Origin: a virus | Taxonomy: Duplodnaviria > Caudoviricetes | Direction: 5' to 3' (one strand) | DNA: 61,332 bases | Virus record (IMG/VR): IMGVR_UViG_3300005253_000079 | Coordinates: 1-61,332 of that record | Shown here: positions 27,990-35,582 of the stretch, piece after piece | Numbering within the stretch: the stretch's first letter is position 1 | Layout: the number at the start of each line of letters is the position of its first letter | Notes under the pieces: model-generated | Seen by the model: the letters and a program-made list of their open reading frames with translations, nothing else | Database searches by the model: none | Told to the model about the DNA's origin: nothing | Position numbers and translations under genes: made by a program

Positions 27990-28346
27990 CTACAGATTCG
28001 CTAGTAAGTCAAGATCAGCAATAAGAGAGACGTACTCCCTAGCTCGCTCCTCAGCCCACGGACCAGAGAAGATTGTCACATATACTTGTCCATCTCGATC
28101 ATAGTCGATCGCCTCTACTATCCACTCATCGCGTGATCTATCGCTGGGAAATATTTCGTGTTCTATCCTCATCACTCGATCAACCTCTCTATAAGCTTGT
28201 CTGCTAGCTAGTCCCCGACTACTTGACATAACGCCGTTCCCTGCCGCCTTCGGCGCTAATCTTACGACTAACGATTGTACCGTGTCCATTGTGATGGTAC
28301 CATCATACTGTGAACTTTCAGAATCTCTACACATGATATAGATCAT
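27990..28346 (-). CDS. Hypothetical protein (real coding part probably the C-terminal half)
   Basis: WIVEAIDYDRDG..YVTIFSGP.AEERAREY; GAGGT SD before internal start. Confidence 0.5.
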   Translation of the reverse strand: MIYIMCRDSESSQYDGTITMDTVQSLVVRLAPKAAGNGVMSSSRGLASRQAYREVDRVMRIEHEIFPSDRSRDEWIVEAIDYDRDGQVYVTIFSGPWAEERAREYVSLIADLDLLANL

Positions 28347-28651
28347 AAGAGATCGGCCTCAATGTATTTTGCCGCCGTCCGTAAAAGATCCGGATCGTCA
28401 AGAAATAGGCCCAAGCCGGAATTACATTTCCCGCAGAGTAGCCCACGAACCTTACCAGTACGGTGGTTGTGATCCACACCAAGTTTTCTCTCGTCGGGAA
28501 AGGGAGTAACGTGACAAATAGCACAGCCCCCCTCTTGTTCAACAAGCAGGTCCTCATACTCCCCCTCAACAATACCATATTGAACATACAGTCTATAGTC
28601 TCTTTCCGACAGCTTCCTTACCGGAACCCTTTCAATATCATTATCATCCAT
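28343..28651 (-). CDS. Endonuclease VII-like (beta-beta-alpha-Me) nuclease
   Basis: YGI....Y..L...Q.G.CAIC...VDHNH.TGKVRGLLC..CN.GLG. Confidence 0.9.
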   Translation of the reverse strand: MDDNDIERVPVRKLSERDYRLYVQYGIVEGEYEDLLVEQEGGCAICHVTPFPDERKLGVDHNHRTGKVRGLLCGKCNSGLGLFLDDPDLLRTAAKYIEADLL

Positions 28652-28684
28652 TCAACTTATACTCCTACTAACGCGGGCTAGAGA

Positions 28685-28870
28685 TCATAAGTAGAAGACT
28701 AGCCAAGTCCGTATTGCCTTATATGCAGCCTGGAACTTGGTGTCGCCCGAACAGGTCATTCCACGAGAGCCAAAGACGAACGTGGCTTCCCAACTATCCC
28801 AGTTGCCGTAATAAACCTTACGATGATGCGGGATCCGGCTAATTTCAAGACGAGGCCAGATTAGTTTCAT
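28685..28870 (-). CDS. Small hypothetical protein (MKLIWPRLEI...)
   Basis: AAGGAGGT SD before ATG at 28870. Confidence 0.5.
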   Translation of the reverse strand: MKLIWPRLEISRIPHHRKVYYGNWDSWEATFVFGSRGMTCSGDTKFQAAYKAIRTWLVFYL

Positions 28871-29591
28871 CCTGACTACCTCCTTTAGTATATTCCAAAT
28901 GCGGCAGGTCCGACTTCTCTGCCCATCGCCCGTCCTCACTAGTCCATCGTCGGAGATAGACTTCTCCTCTTGATTTGGCTAGCTCGTCATAGAGATCGTC
29001 TACGAGTACAGCATAGACTAAACAGAGTCGTTTGGATGAGTAGTAGTCTTCCTGATCGTGCGAGGGGCACTTGCCGTCAGGCTCTGCTCGTGTGCATGTT
29101 CTTTTGGTAATGTGAGCCTTATACCGACGTTCGGCCATTGCTAGCGAACTCGGCATAGTCCTAACGAAGTGTAGTTCCGCTGCTGTTACCCTATGACGCT
29201 CAACTAGCCAGCCGCCACTAGCGTTCTGACGATGTTCGTAGAGACGGTTGTGATAGTTGTGAGCACACGTTCGATGGCAGAATTGCTTTAGCACCCCAGG
29301 GTTTAGGCTCTCCCCGACTAAATTGTTACAGCGGTCATTCTTACAGAGTATTTCGGTCCCTAGCGGCTTAACCCCTTTATAGAGAGGAGTCGTGCGCGCC
29401 GGGTGCATTGCCGCCGCTGCGTCCTCATCAGCCATAGTGTCTTCGTCTCGGGGATGAGGTGAGTTGTCTTCTTCTAGTCCGCTATCTACTTCGTATGTTT
29501 CTAGGATAGCCTCCTTCTGACTAGGGTCTATAACGACTCGCTCCCCTCCTATGTCTACCTCATATGGCTTAGTCTTATCTTCATTCATCAT
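28845..29591 (-). CDS. Cys-rich hypothetical protein, probable Zn-binding regulator
   Basis: CxxxxC...FCxxxC and further Cys/His clusters. Confidence 0.65.
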   Translation of the reverse strand: MMNEDKTKPYEVDIGGERVVIDPSQKEAILETYEVDSGLEEDNSPHPRDEDTMADEDAAAAMHPARTTPLYKGVKPLGTEILCKNDRCNNLVGESLNPGVLKQFCHRTCAHNYHNRLYEHRQNASGGWLVERHRVTAAELHFVRTMPSSLAMAERRYKAHITKRTCTRAEPDGKCPSHDQEDYYSSKRLCLVYAVLVDDLYDELAKSRGEVYLRRWTSEDGRWAEKSDLPHLEYTKGGSQDETNLASS

Positions 29592-29739
29592 CGTGGCCCC
29601 TTGTGTCCCCCTTGTATTTTGGTTGGTTCTGCCACCAGTACCAGTTACTTTCGTCCATACTCAAAGCACCCTTCCATGCTTCCAATATAAACTTCCACAG
29701 ACTCATCTTATGAAACGGCTTAGTCTTCGTCTCTGTCAC
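29581..29739 (-). CDS. 52-aa hypothetical protein, first gene of the minus arm
   Basis: Manual translation from GTG (MTETKTKPFH...); AAGGAGGT SD. Confidence 0.55.
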   Translation of the reverse strand: MTETKTKPFHKMSLWKFILEAWKGALSMDESNWYWWQNQPKYKGDTRGHDDE

Positions 29740-29832
29740 TGGCTACCTCCTTATTACTTACTATCCTCTTTAGAGATCGCTTCCTGGTACATTACTGTAT
29801 AATATACACGACACGACCTCGTCATCATCATC

Positions 29833-29861
29833 ATAATAGCACAGTCCCCTCCCTCTGTCAA
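29833..29861 (-). promoter_or_regulatory. Leftward sigma70-type promoter
   Basis: TTGACA-17 nt-TATTAT with TGn extended -10. Confidence 0.8.
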
Positions 29862-30274
29862 CCCCTAATCTCTGACAAGTTGCCATTAACCTCTCTCTCT
29901 ACCTTATCATTAGCTCTCTATCTACCTTGCCACCAGCTAACCTCCTCCCAGTCCCAACTAGCACGTATGTTCTGACTATGTTTCAAAAATTGTCAAAACC
30001 CTGTACGTTTGTAAGAAACCCTCTACCTAGGCGCGCGATCCAGGGTCGCCCCCCTTACGCATGTGATCAACCCGGCTGCGCAGGTGTGTTCTCGCATGGG
30101 CGTATTCGCGCGCGCGGGCCTCCCGACCCTATTCATCAATAAATTAGCGGCCCACCTAGTCCGGACTAGCAAGCTAGCACACTAGCCCACTCACATGCTA
30201 GGTTGATCACCGACTAGCTAGCACGTTGCATGATTCGTGCGAAGTGAGGTCCGAGTGTGAGGTACATACATTTA

Positions 30275-30650
30275 GATTCAAGGCCAGCCCTTAGCCACCA
30301 ACACACACAGTCGCGCTTGAATCAGTGACCAATTGCTACCGGGTTAATTGCGACTTGTTGCAGTTACATATAGTCGCAGTTAGCCTCGCTAGTCCGGGGC
30401 AAGGCGAGAGGCAGACCATCCGACTCGCGCAAGGCCCATCACGGTAGCCTAGCACGATTCCATTAAGTTTGTCCGTAAGCGAGTTCTTATACGAATCAAA
30501 CCCCGGCCTACCGGGTCACTGGTCTGTAGACGAAGGACCGCATGTTGGGTAGCATTTGACAGCAACTAAGCCTAGAAAGTTAGGATGGCTACGATTCAGC
30601 CAAGCTAAACTGTCCTAGTCGGCGGCCGGGCTTTGGATCCACAGACCACA
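30275..30650 (+). ncRNA. Candidate large structured non-coding RNA (unassigned family)
   Basis: At least 8 manually found helices, nested, with G-U pairs on the + strand and one crossing pairing; no ORF. Confidence 0.55.
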
Positions 30651-30666
30651 GCTACCGACAGCACCG

Positions 30667-30695
30667 TTGCAAAGGGCAATCGGACATGATATGAT
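30667..30695 (+). promoter_or_regulatory. Rightward early promoter
   Basis: TTGCAA-17 nt-TATGAT with TGn extension, upstream of the first + strand ORF. Confidence 0.65.
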
Positions 30696-30769
30696 AGTTG
30701 CGTCGAATCGGTGGTCGGCCAGGGCGGTCGGCAGCCAGTCAAGTCCTAGCACATGAAGGGGGATAGGCT

Positions 30770-30910
30770 ATGGTCAAGTGCAAATGTGGGGCTGTGGCTC
30801 TACACAACTACAGCACGTATCCCTGGGTGGGCAGCGAAAAGCTAGAGGTATGGATACCGTGTTGCGGCCAGTCGTGCTGCTGCCCGTATGCCCGCAAGGG
30901 AGGGGGTTAG
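30770..30910 (+). CDS. 46-aa Cys-rich microprotein (MVKCKCG...CCGQSCCCPY)
   Basis: Manual translation; AGGGGGATAGGCT leader. Confidence 0.5.
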   Translation: MVKCKCGAVALHNYSTYPWVGSEKLEVWIPCCGQSCCCPYARKGGG

Positions 30911-30913
30911 GCT

Positions 30914-31012
30914 ATGACATGTCCTGTGATGTGGGGTAGGAGGCATCAGTGCACACGCCTCAAAGCACACCTTGGAGTATGCGTGTGTAGCTGTGGGGAT
31001 GAAACGCTGTAG
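30914..31012 (+). CDS. 32-aa Cys/His-rich microprotein (MTCPVMWGRRHQC...CVCSCG)
   Basis: Manual translation; AGGGGGTTAGGCT leader, near-identical to the previous one. Confidence 0.5.
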   Translation: MTCPVMWGRRHQCTRLKAHLGVCVCSCGDETL

Positions 31013-31055
31013 GGTTGAACCTATACAAGCAAACAACGTAGCATAGGAGGTATTA

Positions 31056-31649
31056 GTGATGACTAAAGCAACAGACAAGGCAATCCTGGACGCATTAGGC
31101 GCAATACGCGAGGGACAGGATGTACTGAGCGAGCGCCTTGACACCCTCGAGGGCAACGGTAGCGCAAGCGTAGCTGCAACACGCACTCCGAAGCGGCCTA
31201 GTGGCATTACGCAAGTGCAGATACCTGAAACGCCAGAGCTGCTAGCCCTCAAGGGCCAGTGTTCGCCATCGGCGCAACGCATAGTCGAACGCCACATGCG
31301 GGTGGGAGTCGCTGACCACACCGAATACGTGGCGAAGCTGGAGACGTTCACGACTAGCGCAGGCCCTAGTGCTAGGCTGAAGTATGCGTCTCTAGGCTTG
31401 CGACTCATGGTGGCTGGCAAGTCTACGCCTGTTCGTAAGGCTAAGGCTACAGCCAAGTCGGTCGCCTCGCCCAAGGCTGGCGGACTAGGTATGCTACAGC
31501 CTGCACTTGATGCGCCTACGTCAGACTGGCGTGATTTCATCCGTGCCACTACCGACACGTCAAGCATCGGTACGTCTGCCATAGCTGGACGTGCGTGGAG
31601 GGCGAGGAACGTAGCTAACGGGCGTGACCCGAACGCTGCTGCCTCGTAA
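31056..31649 (+). CDS. Early hypothetical protein (basic, Ala/Lys-rich)
   Basis: AGGAGGT SD. Confidence 0.75.
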   Translation: MMTKATDKAILDALGAIREGQDVLSERLDTLEGNGSASVAATRTPKRPSGITQVQIPETPELLALKGQCSPSAQRIVERHMRVGVADHTEYVAKLETFTTSAGPSARLKYASLGLRLMVAGKSTPVRKAKATAKSVASPKAGGLGMLQPALDAPTSDWRDFIRATTDTSSIGTSAIAGRAWRARNVANGRDPNAAAS

Positions 31650-31670
31650 GACATAGACGACATACCCGCA

Positions 31671-31837
31671 CGGGCCTGTGAGCTGGAAGATCGTTGTAGA
31701 TCAGGGATGCGAAAATCGCCAGACGTGGGAGGCGACCCCACCAGGCCCGATTATTAGCAGGGACACAGGATTGCATCCCCCTCTGTGTTAGGTGACACTA
31801 GCACGGCGATCCTGTGTCCCTCCTACATACACGGAGG
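31671..31837 (+). promoter_or_regulatory. Riboswitch-like structured intergenic leader
   Basis: 8-bp closed multiloop, 16-bp stem, alternative 9-bp pairing, and anti-SD CCUCC next to GGAGG. Confidence 0.6.
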
Positions 31838-31842
31838 CGACC

Positions 31843-31944
31843 ATGATGACAACCTGTAGATGTCGCAAGCCTATAATCATCCTGTCATTCGGGCGTTTCC
31901 ATTGCGCTAAGTGTAAGGGTACGCTACCCATTAGTCGGAAGTAA
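31843..31944 (+). CDS. 33-aa zinc-ribbon microprotein (MMTTCRCRKP...CAKC)
   Basis: GGAGG SD; CxC...CxxC. Confidence 0.55.
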   Translation: MMTTCRCRKPIIILSFGRFHCAKCKGTLPISRK

Positions 31945-31959
31945 GGAGGGGGTTGGACG

Positions 31960-32196
31960 ATGGAAAGGTGGTTTGAATATCACTGCTACGAGGGTGAGGA
32001 TTCAGCCGACGCTGAATTATGGCATCACACCCACCAGCGCGTAATAGTCATTGGCACCGTAGCCGACGTGGATCAGCCGATGTACCGCGTTAGGTTCAAG
32101 GACGGACTAGAGTACGATGTGTTCGATGACGAACTACTCCAGTCTCCAAGTGAGTTTGAACGTCCTAGCTACGAGGAGGTAACTAGCTATGACTAG
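31960..32196 (+). CDS. Small SH3-like hypothetical protein
   Basis: MYRVRFKDG....VFDDEL; GGAGG SD. Confidence 0.7.
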   Translation: MERWFEYHCYEGEDSADAELWHHTHQRVIVIGTVADVDQPMYRVRFKDGLEYDVFDDELLQSPSEFERPSYEEVTSYD

Positions 32197-32407
32197 CAAC
32201 AGATACACGCTAAACAAAGACGCGAACGGCGATACCATGCCTCGCATAATGCCTGTCACTGGTACTACGCTAGCTGATCTATACAAGCGCATCGGTTATG
32301 AGGCTGCTAGCCAGAGGCATGATGGAGGCATGAGTAAGGCGCAGCTAGAGAAGCTGATGGAGGAGATGCGAAAGTCCGATAGGCCACGTAGGATAGGACG
32401 GAGGTAA
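32189..32407 (+). CDS. Early hypothetical protein
   Basis: GGAGGT SD. Confidence 0.65.
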   Translation: MTSNRYTLNKDANGDTMPRIMPVTGTTLADLYKRIGYEAASQRHDGGMSKAQLEKLMEEMRKSDRPRRIGRR

Positions 32408-32410
32408 CTG

Positions 32411-32593
32411 ATGGTTGACTGGAGCAAAGAACACACTGGCGCACTACATGGTAAGTATGGCGATAAGGGCCATGCTGGTTGTCCTGGTTGTATGAGCGCA
32501 GGCATGCACCTAGGCGGTACATGTGTGCTGGCCTACAGCTACGGACTACACCTAGTCAGCTTATGCCCGTTTCCAGACCCGAGGGCTGGATAG
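32411..32593 (+). CDS. Small Cys/His-rich early protein
   Basis: GGAGGT SD. Confidence 0.6.
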   Translation: MVDWSKEHTGALHGKYGDKGHAGCPGCMSAGMHLGGTCVLAYSYGLHLVSLCPFPDPRAG

Positions 32594-32606
32594 AGAGGTA
32601 GCTGTC

Positions 32607-32834
32607 ATGCCTAAAATGGTCAAGCTAATCAGCCAAGCAAAGCAATCTGCCAAGGATCAAGGCCATAACATGCTACCCTTCCAGGTTGATGGAGGCTATG
32701 CCTGGGCGCTATGTAAGACGTGTGGTAGGGAGGCATACCTAGTAGCGCGACCCAAAAATCCCAATGAGACAGATGTGAGCGGCGAGGCAGTAGCAGTAAG
32801 CTGCGGAAGTATCTATCGCAGGAGGATAGCATAG
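32607..32834 (+). CDS. Small zinc-binding early protein
   Basis: GH...CKTC...C; starts in the start cassette. Confidence 0.7.
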   Translation: MPKMVKLISQAKQSAKDQGHNMLPFQVDGGYAWALCKTCGREAYLVARPKNPNETDVSGEAVAVSCGSIYRRRIA

Positions 32835-32850
32835 TAGTCAGGAGGTAGTC

Positions 32851-32946
32851 ATGAGCAACGAATCCTTTGAACGCACAGTGACATTCCTTATGTTCCTGAT
32901 TCTGACTATGCAGTTTGCCATTTTCCTAGCCATCAAGGGAAGCTAG
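32851..32946 (+). CDS. 31-aa single-TM peptide
   Basis: Manual translation MSNESFERTVDILMFLILTMQFAIFLAIKGS; GGAGGT SD. Confidence 0.6.
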   Translation: MSNESFERTVTFLMFLILTMQFAIFLAIKGS

Positions 32947-32961
32947 CTAGGAGGTAGCTAG

Positions 32962-33114
32962 ATGGAATCTATAGGCAAGGCGGTAAAAAAGGCTGAGGCC
33001 AAGGGTATGATAGATCATGCACACTGGGACACAGCGACGTGTCAATGGGTAGCATGTCTCAGTGCCCGCTGTCCCCTTTATATAAGCATTCGGAGGTACT
33101 TACGTGTCAGCTGA
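32962..33114 (+). CDS. 50-aa hypothetical protein
   Basis: Manual translation MESIGKAVKK...; GGAGGT SD. Confidence 0.55.
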   Translation: MESIGKAVKKAEAKGMIDHAHWDTATCQWVACLSARCPLYISIRRYLRVS

Positions 33115-33436
33115 TACCCTAACGAACATGCTAAAGCTGATGTGCATACCTACCAGTATGTATGATGGCGTAGTTAGGACAAGTGACGGATACTACACGG
33201 CCCACATCAAGGGCGACGTTGGCTACAACGCATTCCTCGGCAAGCCTGGGCCTAGACATGGCGGGCCTGGTAGGAAGTGGATGCTTGATACTTGGAACGG
33301 GCTGTCACTAGACGAGAAGCGAGCTGTAGTCTACCTATCCGCTCATCCGGGAGACGGTAGTCCTATACGACTGAAGGATGACTTCGGTGTACCAGTTGAA
33401 GACGCAAGGTCGCTGTCAGGTGCATTGCCTGGGTAG
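33104..33436 (+). CDS. Early hypothetical protein
   Basis: GGAGGT SD, GTG start. Confidence 0.7.
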   Translation: MSADTLTNMLKLMCIPTSMYDGVVRTSDGYYTAHIKGDVGYNAFLGKPGPRHGGPGRKWMLDTWNGLSLDEKRAVVYLSAHPGDGSPIRLKDDFGVPVEDARSLSGALPG

Positions 33437-33469
33437 ACGTAGGCTATTATAGGATTGGAGGTAGCTGTA

Positions 33470-33862
33470 ATGCAAGATACAAACCTGATCGACCTGAGTA
33501 CCCGAGATGGATACGACATCGCTGCTGCCATAAGAGGACCAGACTTTTGGAATGATGGCGAAGCGATCAAGAGGGTCTTTACGGAGCGCATTCGCTGGCT
33601 AGCTGGCGTTAGGGGGGGATTTTCTACCAGGCGATACCTTGTTAGTCTCAGCACAGTAGCACTAATGCGGAGGGAAATTAGGCAAGCGTCTGTGTCTGGT
33701 ATAATTCCGTTAATCACTCACTACATGAGGCATGTGCGTGATGCTGCATCTGCCCTGAACGACAAGAATCTAGAACACCTTGCGGCGATCGTGCTCTTAG
33801 GACGACCAGAACTAGACTCGCTTTCGGATGAACGCATCATCGAACTAGCAGGAGGTGAGTAG
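33470..33862 (+). CDS. Early hypothetical protein (start revised to ATG at 33470)
   Basis: GGAGGTAGCTGTAATG cassette. Confidence 0.7.
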   Translation: MQDTNLIDLSTRDGYDIAAAIRGPDFWNDGEAIKRVFTERIRWLAGVRGGFSTRRYLVSLSTVALMRREIRQASVSGIIPLITHYMRHVRDAASALNDKNLEHLAAIVLLGRPELDSLSDERIIELAGGE

Positions 33863-33890
33863 CTGTCACATTAGTAAGGGAGGTAGACGG

Positions 33891-34115
33891 ATGAGGTGTC
33901 CTAAGTGTAAGAATCCATGCACTGAGTCAGACCTCGTGCCTGATATAGCCTATGACAAATCAGGTGCATTCAACGTAGTCAAGGACGAGGACGATCAGAT
34001 AGTCGAGGCAGACTACTACATAAGAGAGCGACGAGGTAGCATATGCCGGGTGTGCATAGACGAGATGCGTGGCAGGCTGAGGCCTAGGCATATGAGGGAA
34101 GGAAGGAGGCTGTAG
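33891..34115 (+). CDS. Zinc-finger hypothetical protein (MRCPKC...CRVC)
   Basis: GGAGGT SD before ATG at 33891. Confidence 0.65.
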   Translation: MRCPKCKNPCTESDLVPDIAYDKSGAFNVVKDEDDQIVEADYYIRERRGSICRVCIDEMRGRLRPRHMREGRRL

Positions 34116-34117
34116 TC

Positions 34118-34273
34118 ATGAATAGCCTAGTACCATTACTAGCCGGTATATCGCTAGGTTATAGTCTAGCACAGGCTGGTGATGTACCATACATAATAGC
34201 AGCCAACATAGGAGTGCTAGTATTTATTATTACAGCACAGCTAGAGCGTATTGCAGGTAGGAGGAAGCTGTAA
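34118..34273 (+). CDS. 51-aa membrane peptide
   Basis: Manual translation MNSLVPLLAGISLG...; AGGAGG SD. Confidence 0.55.
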   Translation: MNSLVPLLAGISLGYSLAQAGDVPYIIAANIGVLVFIITAQLERIAGRRKL

Positions 34274-34482
34274 TGGTAGCACCTATAGCGGTAGCAGGTC
34301 AAGATGAGAAGGTCTTTGACTTGCGCTTTACGCTGCGCAAGAGTAGTAGTATTGAGTCGGCTAGCATGTTAATTGTGTTGCTAGTCAGGCTGTTTGAGGA
34401 CTGGAGTATACTTGAGGATCCGACCATCGAAGACATAACAAATAGGCATGATCGTAAGCTAGATTTCGGGGATTGGAGGTAG
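34273..34482 (+). CDS. Early hypothetical protein
   Basis: Starts in a variant start cassette. Confidence 0.6.
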   Translation: MVAPIAVAGQDEKVFDLRFTLRKSSSIESASMLIVLLVRLFEDWSILEDPTIEDITNRHDRKLDFGDWR

Positions 34483-34487
34483 CTGTC

Positions 34488-34553
34488 ATGTTAGCCTGGA
34501 TTGCCGGATTCATCATCGGTTTCTTAATCAGCCTATGGCTGGCTAGTAGATAG
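34488..34553 (+). CDS. 21-aa single-TM peptide MLAWIAGFIIGFLISLWLASR
   Basis: Exactly fills the space between two perfect start cassettes. Confidence 0.6.
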   Translation: MLAWIAGFIIGFLISLWLASR

Positions 34554-34565
34554 GAGGTAGCTGTC

Positions 34566-34820
34566 ATGACTCAAGGTAAATTATCAGACATAAACTACAA
34601 GGTATGGATACAGCTCGAGAAGATCGTAACTAGTAAGGGAGGTCATAAGGATAACCCCCAAAATCGTAGCTCATATGAGAACGTTGGCCCACCAGTGGAG
34701 CTACTAGACACCAATGACTTCGAGGATGCCAACTCATTCTTAGCTGACGTTGAGCGGTTCTCAAATGAGATAGATGATAGTGAAGTCGGTAGCGTACCCG
34801 GCCTATATAACACACCATAA
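34566..34820 (+). CDS. Early hypothetical protein
   Basis: Perfect start cassette. Confidence 0.7.
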   Translation: MTQGKLSDINYKVWIQLEKIVTSKGGHKDNPQNRSSYENVGPPVELLDTNDFEDANSFLADVERFSNEIDDSEVGSVPGLYNTP

Positions 34821-34852
34821 GTACAAGCAAACACAAGTAAGCACAAGATTGG

Positions 34853-35018
34853 AGGTTGGTATACTCAAGTCTTATCCAAGGGGGAAGCGGAGTATTTCCC
34901 TGGTAGACTAGGCTAATGGCTCCATGCCATATTGTCTGATAATATAAGTGGAGACGTAAGCCTTATAAGCTGCTATATGAAACGTCATCTCTTGGGTAAG
35001 GCTTGATTATACCAACCT
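34853..35018 (+). ncRNA. Candidate structured RNA, 31-bp closing stem with internal hairpins
   Basis: 34853-34883 pairs with 34988-35018 (26 WC, 4 G-U, 1 mismatch). Confidence 0.65.
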
Positions 35019-35045
35019 AGTATAGTATAACAGGAGGTAGCTGTC

Positions 35046-35393
35046 ATGCCAGTCAGTAACAAACTAATAGGAAGAGCAGCCAGTCCAGGTATAGTACAGG
35101 GAGAGGCGTTTGTTGTTGAGTTACCCAAGACTAAGGGATTCCCTAGTAATGGAGCAGTGCTAGTGTCGCATATGACGACACCTGATCTCCTACCTGCAAT
35201 GTTAAAGTCAACTGCTATTGTTACTCAAGTAGGGGGTATAACCTGCCATGCTGCTATAGTAGCTAGAGAGTTTAGCATTCCCTGCGTTGTTGGAGTTAGG
35301 AAACTACTAGATAGGGTGAAGACAGGAACAAGGCTGATAGTAGACGGGAGCAAAGGCACAGTCGAAATCGTAGAAATCGTCGAGTCGTCATGA
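35046..35393 (+). CDS. Stand-alone PEP-utilising enzyme mobile (phospho-histidine swivel) domain
   Basis: G.AASPG.V.G, VLV..MTTPD, AIVT..GGITCHAAIVAREFSIPCVVG, VDG..G.V as in the PEP synthase/PPDK His domain. Confidence 0.92.
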   Translation: MPVSNKLIGRAASPGIVQGEAFVVELPKTKGFPSNGAVLVSHMTTPDLLPAMLKSTAIVTQVGGITCHAAIVAREFSIPCVVGVRKLLDRVKTGTRLIVDGSKGTVEIVEIVESS

Positions 35394-35557
35394 CTGAGCT
35401 ATTGCTAGTGCTGGCTGTCGCCTTTACGGTGGGCCACGTCATTGTAGACACCCATCGTATCAGACACATACACGAGCTGATACCTGCGGGCCTCCTAATC
35501 GGACATATCATATTTACAGGTGAACTAGCTCGGTGGCTGAGTTATATACCTTACTAA
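35390..35557 (+). CDS. 55-aa His-rich membrane peptide
   Basis: Manual translation MTELLLVLAVAFTVGHVIVDTH...; ATGA overlap. Confidence 0.55.
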   Translation: MTELLLVLAVAFTVGHVIVDTHRIRHIHELIPAGLLIGHIIFTGELARWLSYIPY

Positions 35558-35575
35558 CTTACTAACTTACTAACT
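35550..35575. repeat. Tandem repeat (CTTACTAA)x3
   Basis: Direct reading. Confidence 0.85.
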
Positions 35576-35582
35576 GAGAGGA

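Larger units (their letters stand above)
29958..31805 (+). repeat. Dispersed CTAGCAC(A/G) repeats and dense CTAG cluster
   Basis: CTAGCACR at 29958, 30174, 30218, 30449, 30746 and 31798; 7 CTAG in 30156-30221; palindrome CTAGTCCGGACTAG at 30156-30169. Confidence 0.75.
32595..35048 (+). repeat. Repeated start-associated cassette GGAGGTAGCTGTCATG
   Basis: Exact at 34475, 34553 and 35033; 15/16 at 32594 and 33457; 14/16 at 34260; each ends in a start codon. Confidence 0.9.

Noticed and set aside
30651-30715. Extra 3' domain of the large structured element (GCUACCGA/UCGGUGGU)
   Set aside because: Overlaps a good sigma70 promoter (30667-30695), so it was left out of the ncRNA call, though not excluded
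34934-34990. Hammerhead ribozyme (CUGAU...GAAAC)
   Set aside because: Core reads CUGAUAA rather than CUGANGA, and I could not build stems I-III with a correctly placed cleavage triplet
32594-35048. CRISPR array or integron attC array from the repeated 16-mer
   Set aside because: Repeats are short, non-palindromic, irregularly spaced and contain SD+ATG; no cas1 or integrase; the Cas4-like gene sits in a recombination block
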